The notes under the pieces: model-generated
Databases searched by the model: none
What the model was told of the DNA's origin: nothing
Seen by the model: only the letters and a program-made list of their open reading frames with translations
Assembly: GCA_040285825.1 (NCBI GenBank)
Contig: JAUPSS010000001.1
Coordinates: forward strand, 2,480,001 to 2,544,000
Origin: Eukaryota sp. TZLM1-RC
Lineage: Eukaryota > Protista > Metamonada: BaSk clade
Length of the DNA stretch: 64,000 nt
Direction: 5' to 3'
Position numbers and translations under genes: made by a program
Part shown: one piece after another, positions 38,820 to 49,064 of the stretch
Layout: each line of letters begins with the position of its first letter
Position numbering within the stretch: position 1 is the stretch's first letter

Positions 38820-40550
38820 ATGCCAGATGAACATTGGGTTGTTGATGCAAATATCAGAAACAATGATGAACCCTCTCAAATGTCATTGTTTGTCGAAGTT
38901 GCAGCACAACCTTGTGCTGAAAAAATATCCCGTGATACAAAATTAAAGACACCCAAAAAATATAAACTTTATTTCTTTATGATACCTTGTTTGAATTCTA
39001 GTGAACGTTTAATGTCACCATTTTCATACAGTCCATCAGTTTTTCATGAATATGAAATTTGACCACCTTTTTTAACAATTTTTCTCTTTATTGAAATTCA
39101 ACATCTTTTTCTTTTTTTATTCTCACATTATTTTGAATATATGAGAAAAATGGATTGCGAGCAGAATTTGGTTGTACTGATATTTTATCATTTCTTGATG
39201 AAATTAATGAACGTTTTATGCAACACAAATTAAATGAAATAACCCAAAATATTCGACATAATGTTCGGACAAATCAAAATAATATACATTTATTTAAAAT
39301 TCACTTATCAGTTCTACCTGGTTGTAAAGTAATTGGAAATGGTTTTTGTTCATTCTTTGATTTACTTGGACATGAATTCTCAATGATTGTTGAAGATCAT
39401 TATGTTGTTAAAAAATGGTTTTTTTTAAATATGACTATTTTTGGCAAAATACCACCCCGTCACAGAAAAAAAAGTGCTCAAAATATCTTAACCTATCAAA
39501 AGCCCACGAGATAAACTGAAATTCGCCAACTACCAACAAAATCCAGTAGACCAACTCAAAGACAATTGTACAAACTGTACAGACTGAAAAGGATGAAATT
39601 AGAATAATGGTTTACGATGAATTAGTCAAGGTGCCAACTACATTGGATTTTCAATCTGTTGTTTCAAAAAGCATGCTCAACATTGTTCGAGGAAATCTTG
39701 TTGAGGGAATAAACAACCAGTACAATGTATGAACAAGTTCGAACACTTGATGATTCTGTTCATCTGAAAGAGCATCAGAGGGGGTCAATTGAATCACTAG
39801 CAGGATTGTCTGTTAAGAATGATTCAGAAACATTAAACCTTGGAATTAATGCACAGGGAATTGTACATGCTGGAGTTGATGGAAATGAACAGAATGATAA
39901 ATTCCCTCACTTTGTTTTTTTGGTGTTCCTTCAATTTTTATATGTGTGAATCTGGATATTTATTCAGGATTATATTCAAACACAATCTTACTGACAATTT
40001 TTCATTATTTGTTTCTGGAAATGATTCGCTTGTAATGATCGTGTTCTAATAGTTTTTCGTGACGAGTTGTCATACCACATTCATAATCAAATACTATTTC
40101 TCGTAAATCATTAAATCTCTTCCCAATTTTACATTCCACGAATTAAATTTACCACCTACGCAATCCGAGGTGTCAGTACAAGAAATATCTGAGAAATTAT
40201 CAGAATATTCCAAAGACAGATCTAAGGACATTAATCTAAGTCAAAGATCCAAAAGCCTATAACAGATTGAAACATAAGAAGAAGAGGTTAAAGAACGACT
40301 TGCAGGTGGCTAAAAAACAGGATTATGACGCTGATTCTTCAAAATCTTGAAACCAAAATTCAAGAACTTCAAGAAAATTGCAATCTAAAAAAGGAAAATG
40401 TCAAACTAGTCCAATGGCGTGGACTGCTACTATCAAAACAGCGAATGTGGCGTCTATTGGGATTCCGATGTTAACAGTGCTCTCAACATGTACAGGATTA
40501 CGTATTCTCATATCCATGATAATTGTAGACCAATGGTACTGCAGCAGTGA
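38820..40550 (+). pseudogene. Heavily decayed Fanzor-like element (C-terminus clear, upstream extent uncertain)
   Basis: 40416-40550 reads WRGL..YQNSECGVYWDSDVNSALNMYRITYSHIHDNCRPMVLQQ*, matching C..W.RD.NAA.N...RP..L. LGINAQGIVHAGVDG near 39840 may be a degenerate RuvC-I. The rest is broken ORFs. Confidence 0.6.
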
Positions 40551-40639
40551 GTGTGGGAAAAACAGTTTAGTATTAGTATTAAAATTTATTGACTTGAATA
40601 GTGTGAATTTCTATCAAAATGCACTTCTGGCTTTTGACC

Positions 40640-40790
40640 AATTCATGCAATCTTGATAGACGTTAAGCATACTTTAGTTCTATCACTATATGATATCACG
40701 ATCAAATGATAGTTAAAGCAGCAACATCACAATACGCGTACAGGTACGCAATACATGGAAAAACACTTATCTACGGGGTCTCCGAAACGC
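40640..40790 (-). ncRNA. Candidate Fanzor omegaRNA scaffold
   Basis: Lies directly 3' of the Fanzor stop codon. Two hairpins (40731-40754 and 40662-40725) whose mismatches become G-U pairs on the minus strand. Boundaries inferred. Confidence 0.5.
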
Positions 40791-42713
40791 CTCAGGTCTT
40801 TCATTGTAGTAGTGCTCACTTATGGCAATCTCTAGTTGGTTTCTGGAAGCTGAGATGTCCCTCGACCAGAGTGTCTGACATTGAGGGCAAACATACTTTT
40901 CATTGTTCACCCTCCCATCATCGTGATACAACTTTTGATTGAATACCTTACAGCAATTCGTTTTGGCAGATGTGTAGAATTCATCTCCATTGGCCTTCAC
41001 ATATGTAAAATGTTTCTGAATCTCCTTCAAAAAGCGCTTCCTTGGGGTTTTCACAGCTTGTCTTGATGGCCCATCACCTCCGCTACCAAACGAAATTATG
41101 GTTTCTCTTCCATTTGCCATTAGTTTTTTTTCAATTAATCCCATTATCCTTTTTTGCCTTCTTATAAAAAAAAATCAAACTTGTTGCGGTGCAGGGCTCG
41201 GCGATCTCCATTTATCAGCAGTTGGTCTAGTATAGTTTTCGGACGGAAGTCGGGATTGCTGATTTCTTCCTGTGTCGGTACCCACATCAAAGGCATTGCT
41301 ACTTCATTAAGATATTTGTGTAAATTCTTAGCAAAATAGCAATTTGGTGATGCATGGGTCAGGACCGAGGGGTGAATGATCTTTCTTGCCTTTGGATTCA
41401 GAACAAGGCCCGAAAGTTGATGATCAACATTGTTATTATCAATTCTTGATCCAATTGAATAACCACACAAATTTTTGTAATTAGGATCAATTGCACAATA
41501 TGAATATTCAACTGGATTAACTGGAGGAGGCTCATAGGCGTCGTCAGTTCTTCGACGTTGCCTTGGACGGACCTGTTGTTGAAGTCTAGAGTTTCGCTTT
41601 CGACTCTTTGCAGGCATATCGAGTTCCCCACTGGCTATGGTGGTTGCCAATTCTCTGGCTGTCCGGCGATTCTTATTTATTTGGGGCAGAGTAAAAGGTA
41701 AGCGGATTGAAACAGCATCTGAACTGATTGTGTAAGTCAGATACTTCTTTTTTCTGAAAAGGGCAAACGGATCTTTCAGCAGACACTGGTTGGCATTGAA
41801 AGAGAGAAAATGCTTTTCCAGTTTTTGACTAAAAGAGATAAAGTCAGGAGAATAACTGGGGGATGGGGACACGGCATTTCTTCGCATGGTGTCAGATGCA
41901 ATTTTTTCCAGAAAGGATAAAGTATTAAGCCCAGCAGGGAATAAGAAGGTGATGTTGTCTGGATTGAGATCAACATTCTCCAGCATCAACATAGTGTCAA
42001 AAACGATGAGGGTCGGCAACCTGCTGAATAAATAGGTCCATTATGTACTCATGGTGACCTTCATCATACCATGCGCGCAAAGAGTCAGGAATAGTGGCTG
42101 CAGTCGTGTTCACCACTAATGAAGCATATTTATTTGGGCAAGGACACTCAAAGAAGGTAGCCATTGTCCGGAAGAAGTTCAGCTTCCAGGAGACAGGGCC
42201 ATCAGTAAGTTTTTGACAAAAGCTGTTCGCCATTTGCAGTGCGCGAAAGCTTCTAATGTCAGAGTGGCACCAGTTGTCGGTTCCCTTCTGAAAGCCAATA
42301 GGAGGAAACGGCCAGCTAGGTCGGAAAGAGACATCATAGAGTGCGCGGTACACTTCCATATGATTTTCGAATGGGCGTCTCACAGTGGGATGAGGAACCA
42401 TTACAAAGTCTTGGCATTGATACCAAAACTGTTGTTGATATAACCAGAAAGCCATTTTCGGATACTGCAGGACGAACAGCTGTGCTAACCGGGCAGTAAG
42501 CACAGTGACAGTTCGAATATAGCGAAACTGTCTTTCCATTGAAACAAGAGCTGCAGTAGAGAAGAACTGAGCAGCACTTGCTGGAACTGTCGTCTTGCTG
42601 TCGTTTATTGGTTGCTCACGACGGATAACCTCCCAGGGGAGTACACGCCCTCGACGTGGCAACTCTGGATTTGCTATTGGGGTGAATATGTCAGTCGAGA
42701 AAAGATCAGACAG
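40767..42713 (-). CDS. Fanzor (TnpB-like RNA-guided RuvC endonuclease), ~630-650 aa if two single-base homopolymer indels are corrected; start codon unresolved
   Basis: Three consecutive ORFs carry RuvC-I CAIDPNYKNL, IISFGSGG, RuvC-II GDEFYTSAKTNCC, zinc finger VCPQC, RuvC-III LWSRDISASRN and terminal RPEAFRR. Frame breaks lie at T5 (~42000) and T9 (~41166-41174). The open frame extends to a CTG at 42713. Confidence 0.85.
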
Positions 42714-42991
42714 TCAACAATAAAAATTTGATTTATTGACAATTTCTTACATCTATACAAATTCAAAGCCTGAGCAAAATGATAATTAACCACTATAATA
42801 CGTGATATTTAAGCTGCGGCAACTATTTTCTTTCTTGAAAGGGTTACAGTTGAAGGAGTTTTCTCGGTGATAACAGTAGCATATTCAATCAAAAGAACGT
42901 GTTGTTTCAATGAGTTCGTATAAAATTTTTTTTCTCATAATGTGATCAACTTGACACAAGAAAAGTTCTGTCTCAATTACTGGGATGTAAA

Positions 42992-44236
42992 ATGTTCCAA
43001 ATTCCAGATCATGCTTACCTTAGTCCACATTATGGCGGTTTAGGGTGGACGAAGGCTTCTATTCATATCTCGTGTGCTTTTGTTGGTGGATGCAGAAATG
43101 CAATCTTTGAGTTTTCCGAAAGATTTGCAGATTGGGAAGATTTATTGATGCCAACGCAAAGTTCCACTGTTTTTGCATTAAATGAAGAAATTTCAAAAAT
43201 TGATGTAGAAAAATGGGGTCGATGTTTTCCCCAATCATTCAATGGCAATATTCCAGAAAAGAATGTTTGAAATTTGAAGTACAATCTTCGAACATTACAG
43301 AAACGATTGACTGGAATGTATGAAAAAGATCTTTATAATAATATATGCAGCTCGGCTGTTTTAAATAAAGATCTTCACTCATTGTTATTGGAAAAGGGTG
43401 TTTGTGAAAACAAGTCGTCAGATTCTTCACTTTTTGTAACCATTGTACCACGAAGATTTGGATTGTGTGCCACTAATGAAGCATTTGTAACAAAAATGAG
43501 ATTATATTTGAATATCCCCATTTATCAATTATTATCAAAAGAAAAATGTATTTGTTCGAATTCACCTCAACTCACTTTGCGCCATGCTCTGAATTGCTCT
43601 AAATTGATAACTTATCGTTCTTCATTACATGATGCTGTTAGAGACACTGTTTTCAATATCGCACAAACTGCAAGAATATCGTGTATCAAAGAGCCCCTGC
43701 TGAAGGAAACACTTTCTCTGAATAATTTTGGTTCTGATGATAGAGGTGATGTATACTGTGATTGGATTGATAATTCTGAAGCTATTGTTGACTTTGTCTC
43801 ATGTAATGTTGCAAATGATACTTTGGTTCACAAAAGAAAACTTAATCCTGTGGCTGCTCTGGATTTTAAAGCAAAAGAGAAACATAGAAAATATGATAAA
43901 GATATTGAAGAGGCTAATGTCGATAGAAATACACAGCTGGTTTTTATTGCTTTCTCATTTTCGATAAATGGAAAATTATCAGTTGAAGCAGAAACTTTTT
44001 TGAATGACTTCCAAAAAATGGTGCAAGAAAAAACAATGAAAAGATTTGATTTTTTTTATGGCGTTCACGGATTCAATTTGCCATTATTAATAGATAAACA
44101 CGGTTTTTCAATCGAATAAGAGAAGCTTTAGCTAGACAGCAAGCAGATCAAGATTTTGTAGAGGAAATCTTGGTTCAATGATAGTCGTCCCATTAATTAT
44201 GAGTTATTTGAATTAAGTGTGCAAATTCAATAAATA
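42992..44236 (+). mobile_element. 5'-truncated RLE-type (CRE/SLACS/R2-like) non-LTR retrotransposon
   Basis: RT-thumb motif LSPHYGGLG, CCHC knuckle CICSNSPQLTLRHALNC, HDAVRD, EPLL, RGDV...VDF and KHRKY endonuclease motifs; AATAAA near 44229; one internal stop at 43270. Confidence 0.85.
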
Positions 44237-44947
44237 TTAGTTTACTTGACACTTCATTAATCTTAAAATAGAAACCACTCAACCTAACAATGACTCTTGA
44301 CAGAACAACATTCACAACTTCTCTCTTACACGAACTCTATCTTCTCCGATGTAAATACTTGACAGCGTCAGCGGAAACAACATCTCTGACTCCCTTACAC
44401 CTACAATTGTCTCGTTCCTAACTAACAATAGTACGCTGACCACATTCGCTCTTGGCCTTTCTCCTAAGAACCAACCTAAATAGACAAAAGCTTGATTTCT
44501 TAAGTTACTTCAAAACTATACATTGTTCTTCAACTTTCGCTTTCGCTACTGGTGATAATGTATTGAGATCAGGTTGTTGCATCGGACTCATCAATGCAGA
44601 ACTTACCTCAATTGAATCTCAACTACAATCCTCTCTTTCCCTTGCTCTGTCGTCTCTACACTCTCATGATGTTCGTCGTAATCCCTCTCGCTCTAGAAGA
44701 AAGAGACTCCATTATTTCATCTCTCCACAACGATATAACTCGACTCCGAAACAGTGTTGAAAATAGAGAGGATATAGTCAATGTATTGCACAGTGGGTAT
44801 TGGTAATTTTTTAACAACTTTATTTATTCTTTTTTCAAAGTTAAAACATGGTCAGCCCTTTAGATATTCGCCCAGGACTAGACCAATTCCTATTGACTAG
44901 ACCAATTCTCAGTACAGTAGACGCTTATTTCTATTCCTCACCCCACA

Positions 44948-45202
44948 ATGGCTCTTTTCAAGAACAAACCAAGGTGTAGCTCTCAGTCTTCTGTTCCCAA
45001 TCAAACAACAAATCGCCCACAGCTTGTTGAATCGTTTTACAATACAGTTAAAGTCGGAATCCAACTTGAGGAATCAAACCAACATTCTCAAGCCACACAA
45101 CATTACCGTACTGCTCTCAATCTTGCCAAACAAATACTATCGATAGATGGAGAATGGGACTCTGACAGACCTTTAATGACAGACCTTCATTTTACATCCT
45201 AG
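44948..45202 (+). CDS. Short ORF, possible MIT-domain-like fragment
   Basis: VKVGIQLEESNQHSQATQHYRTALNL resembles MIT helices (A...E......A...Y..AL); only 84 aa. Confidence 0.3.
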   Translation: MALFKNKPRCSSQSSVPNQTTNRPQLVESFYNTVKVGIQLEESNQHSQATQHYRTALNLAKQILSIDGEWDSDRPLMTDLHFTS

Positions 45203-45886
45203 AATTGATAATCTTTGATTATTCGAAAACGTTTGAAATTTTCTTTTTCCCTGACTTTGTTGAGTTTAGTCGATATTTAGCTGTACTTTCAAGAAGAGTT
45301 GTCATTCCCTGTTGTTGACCAATGTGGTAACAACCTACCAGATTACATCTTGTTTTCTCTAAAAGAGCTGCTTGACCAACACTGTATTTATTATTTATTT
45401 GTTTTTGACTGACATTTCTAGCAATTATTTTTCTATTGTTCAAAATAGTGTCTGTCCATCAAAATGTGACATCTTGTTCACTTCCATTGAATAAATCCAA
45501 GTTTTGTATTGTTTTTGGATGGTGTTGTTTCATTGTAATAACCCAACACTCAAGTCTTCAATTGAACTAGAGTTCAGCAAAAGTTTAATGTCTGTAAAAT
45601 AGTTGTATGTGATCAGTTATGTATGTTTATTGATGAACTCACGAAAGTGGCTGCATTTCGTGGTTTATGGAACAATATTTTTCAAAGAGAATAGTTACGT
45701 TTGAAATGATTGAAATATAAGAAGATCTTTGACTGAAGTTCAGTTCTCTGAATATCCGTTCTACTTCGACTGAAGTACATGCAATAAAGAACAGGTCAAT
45801 AAAGGAACGATTTTTATTGATGACTGGAATAGAATTATGCATATTTTGAGTTACCTACTCCTCATTGTTGGTCCCAACTGTCTAAA

Positions 45887-46456
45887 ATGATTTCTATAGG
45901 TGTTTTACGTGAGTTGATACACACTGTCCTCCCGGTTATACATACAGTTGTTGATGATCGCCTCTCTCATTGTGTATCCACATTGATTTTACTTGTTCTT
46001 GCCTTGGTGTGTTTATTTGATGTACTGTTCCGTGTTGGGGTTGACTTTTCACATCTTTGGTTCTATCCAGCCATCTTGGTTGCCTTTCTTCATGTGACGG
46101 GATTTTCGCTGTATTTCTTTGATATCGCACGACCTTCACTTCTTCTTGCATCCCTTCTTCTCTTTTACTATGGAACGCTCAATGTCTTTTTCTATGGATG
46201 GTCACTCTCTAAGCTCAAAGCACAATTTGTTTTTCTCACAATGACGTTTAACCTGATATTTTCGATTTTACTTGCTCTAAAGAATTTCTCCCATTTGGAA
46301 ATTCTACAAGGACTTGTTTCTGCTTCTGTTATTGGATGCTTATTTATTTCGTATCAAACCTTTAAGTTTTACAATAATCCTTCTGAAACTTTAAAGTTTA
46401 CGTGTTTTTCTTCCAATGAATGTAACTGTCAACGTTGTCGAGTCAAAGTAGATTAG
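45887..46456 (+). CDS. Hypothetical multi-pass membrane protein
   Basis: 189 aa, about 5 hydrophobic segments, Cys-rich tail; AATAAA 7 nt after the stop. Confidence 0.65.
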   Translation: MISIGVLRELIHTVLPVIHTVVDDRLSHCVSTLILLVLALVCLFDVLFRVGVDFSHLWFYPAILVAFLHVTGFSLYFFDIARPSLLLASLLLFYYGTLNVFFYGWSLSKLKAQFVFLTMTFNLIFSILLALKNFSHLEILQGLVSASVIGCLFISYQTFKFYNNPSETLKFTCFSSNECNCQRCRVKVD

Positions 46457-46875
46457 TGTTTTAATAAATGAATGATTAATTTTGGTTTGAATCCTGAAAA
46501 CTTAATACGATTGTTACAAGCATCTTTCCTAATTTAATTCAATAAACAGCTCTTGTCAGTAACAATAAGAACATTTCCTAATCTATTCATTATTACAAAA
46601 ACAAAGTACAAGTTTGTTAAACACAGCAGCCAATCATTAATTTTTTTAACTGGAATATTTATTGAGATAAAAAAACCCATCTAGAATTCAATATTTTTCC
46701 AAACAAGCGTCACTATTACTAAACCTACTCACAGCATTACGTTCATATTCTACAAATCATTAATTAGTAGAATAAAAATATTATTTAATGGGAAATACGA
46801 ATAGGTATTAATTTCTGTTATTAATTTTGTATTTGTTCCTTTTTCAAACACGACTTCTCTTACTTTTCTTCAACA

Positions 46876-47946
46876 ATGACTTCTCTTACTAATGCCGCAC
46901 CAGTGGCTTCCTTCCCTGAGACTAATGTCATCAAAGTAAAGAAACTCATTAAGCATATTCACCCTTATAATTTGCAGAAGGTTTTTGCCGTCTATGGCAC
47001 CGTTGCTCAACTTCGTGTCAGTGTCGACAATAACGAACCACGTTTTTATTTTGCCCTTGTATGCTTTGAAACAATGGTCAATGTAGACCAAATTGTAGCA
47101 GAACTTAACGAGGCTAACCTCTGTGGTTCCACTATCCAGGTTCTTCCCGCTCGACCAAACAACAAGTTTCTTAACCGCAGCAGCCCTGCGAATATTTTCT
47201 TAGATAACTTTCCTGTCACCATGAACGAAGAAGACCTTCGAAACAAGTGTCTTACATATGGTACAGTCAAGTCTGTTCATATCATTAGATACCAGGGTAA
47301 TTCTAAAGGTAAAGGTTTCTGTAACTTTTTGCGTCCTCAAGATGCTTCCAATGCTGTTGCTGCTATTCATGACCAACAAGATTGGGGTTGTGGCAAAGTC
47401 AGAGCCAGTGTAACTGAATCTGGCCAGAAACCCAAACCCTATGAAACCAGTTTGTATGTCCAAAACCTGCCAGATGACATGGAAGAAGACGGCGTCAACG
47501 CTCTGTTCTCTAGGTATGGTAAGGTGACCTCCACCAAGGTTATCCGTGCTGAGGGTTCAGGTATTTCTTTAGGGTGTGCTTACGTTACATTCTCCACTCC
47601 TCTAGAAGCCATTAATGCAATGGATGCGCTTCATCAGACCCTCTATGAGTTCAAACCTTTGAAGGTGCAGTTTTATCAACAAAAGCCAGCCCGAATGCCA
47701 ATCAAGACCCCAAATACCTCAGTCACTGCAACTCCGAACGGTACACAAACCAATGATGATTTGTTTGAATCTTTGTCTCTTGCACTCTATGAAAGAGTTT
47801 CGAAAACCGATGAAGAACATGCCGGAAAAATTGTAGGAATCTTTAGGACTCTTGAATTGAGTGAACTCAAACGTATTCATGATGACCCCCAACATTATAA
47901 CGAAAAGTTAAATGAAGTTAAAGCTGCCTTGGCTGAAGCTCTTTAG
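46876..47946 (+). CDS. Poly(A)-binding-protein-like: three RRMs plus C-terminal MLLE/PABC-like domain
   Basis: RNP motifs IFLDNF/KGKGFCNF, LYVQNL/LGCAYVTF and FYFALVCF; C-terminal LYERVSKTDEEHAGKIVGIF...KLNEVKAAL aligns with MLLE. Confidence 0.85.
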   Translation: MTSLTNAAPVASFPETNVIKVKKLIKHIHPYNLQKVFAVYGTVAQLRVSVDNNEPRFYFALVCFETMVNVDQIVAELNEANLCGSTIQVLPARPNNKFLNRSSPANIFLDNFPVTMNEEDLRNKCLTYGTVKSVHIIRYQGNSKGKGFCNFLRPQDASNAVAAIHDQQDWGCGKVRASVTESGQKPKPYETSLYVQNLPDDMEEDGVNALFSRYGKVTSTKVIRAEGSGISLGCAYVTFSTPLEAINAMDALHQTLYEFKPLKVQFYQQKPARMPIKTPNTSVTATPNGTQTNDDLFESLSLALYERVSKTDEEHAGKIVGIFRTLELSELKRIHDDPQHYNEKLNEVKAALAEAL

Positions 47947-48022
47947 TTTTTGAAGGCAGTTGAAGGTTAGTTTGTTTTGGAATAAAGTTTGTTTCCTTGA
48001 TGCAACTAAAACTCAACAATTA

Positions 48023-48829
48023 ATGATTGAGATCACAAGTAATCCCGATCCAAACTTTGGGTCACTACGTGATGTTTTAACACATGATGTCCATCACGAA
48101 CACACTTCTCACAACACTGTAGTAACTTTTCTAACTGGCATTCCTGTTCACATCTATATAACCACACACACTAACCTTCAAGAGCTAGCGATAGATCTTG
48201 TTGCGAGTTCGATATCGCCCGCATCTCCATCAACTGTAACCCAATCAACATCTCTGAATCGGCTAACTAAAGGCAGCTCTACATTTGATACTGTTATATT
48301 TGAGCTTATGTCCCTTGATTCATCAAACAAAGTGTACGAGTTTATTTTAAAACCTTGTAACTACAAAGTCAAAGTATTCAGTATAAGACCAATCTTTTCC
48401 AATGAAAGTTCATCACCCAGAATTGCGGTACCTGCTGGATTACTACCATATGACTTGGTTTACATACGATATGATCCAAGTTCAACAGAAGAACATGAAA
48501 TTCAACATGAAACACAAGAGTGGTTTGAAGATCTGCCTAGTATTCCTGAAGCCAATGAAGATACTCCTCCTCAGACCAGATCCTCTTCCATTCCTCCTCG
48601 ATTAGATACACTGTCTATTTCACCAATGAATTCTTTGTCTGTACTTAAAAGAAGGTTGGCTTACAATGCTTCTCCTATTAGAGATGAGCTGTCCGATGAA
48701 GAACTTCAGATACCTTCCTCTTCTGAAAGTGAAATTGATGATCAGCTTGATAAAATTGGTGAATTGAAAGCTAAGTTTCCAGAAATTAGCACCGATTTAT
48801 TGGAGTATATAAAGGTTAATTTTGCATGA
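48023..48829 (+). CDS. Hypothetical protein with acidic, Ser/Pro-rich C-terminal half
   Basis: Long ORF; first in-frame ATG at 48023; no motif recognised. Confidence 0.6.
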   Translation: MIEITSNPDPNFGSLRDVLTHDVHHEHTSHNTVVTFLTGIPVHIYITTHTNLQELAIDLVASSISPASPSTVTQSTSLNRLTKGSSTFDTVIFELMSLDSSNKVYEFILKPCNYKVKVFSIRPIFSNESSSPRIAVPAGLLPYDLVYIRYDPSSTEEHEIQHETQEWFEDLPSIPEANEDTPPQTRSSSIPPRLDTLSISPMNSLSVLKRRLAYNASPIRDELSDEELQIPSSSESEIDDQLDKIGELKAKFPEISTDLLEYIKVNFA

Positions 48830-49064
48830 ATAATTTCTTGATTTAATTTGTTTGTCTTGATTGTTTTTTTTTCACTTTTAAATAATTAATAATTCTTAGT
48901 CAGAATTATTTTTTTGGTTTGATTTGTGTAGAAATTTGCTGGTTTTTCAACTAAATGAAAATCTGTTTTATTAAAGTAAATAAACTATTTGTATAAATTC
49001 CTCTACCAACCATATTTAACTATTGAAAACTCTAATAATATAACTTTATGCTGAATTTACAAAA

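Noticed and set aside
40640-42960. Terminal inverted repeats or TSD for the minus-strand Fanzor element
   Set aside because: Best match (ttgatagacgtta near 40653 vs ttacatctatacaa near 42747) needs mismatches and a gap; not convincing in AT-rich DNA.
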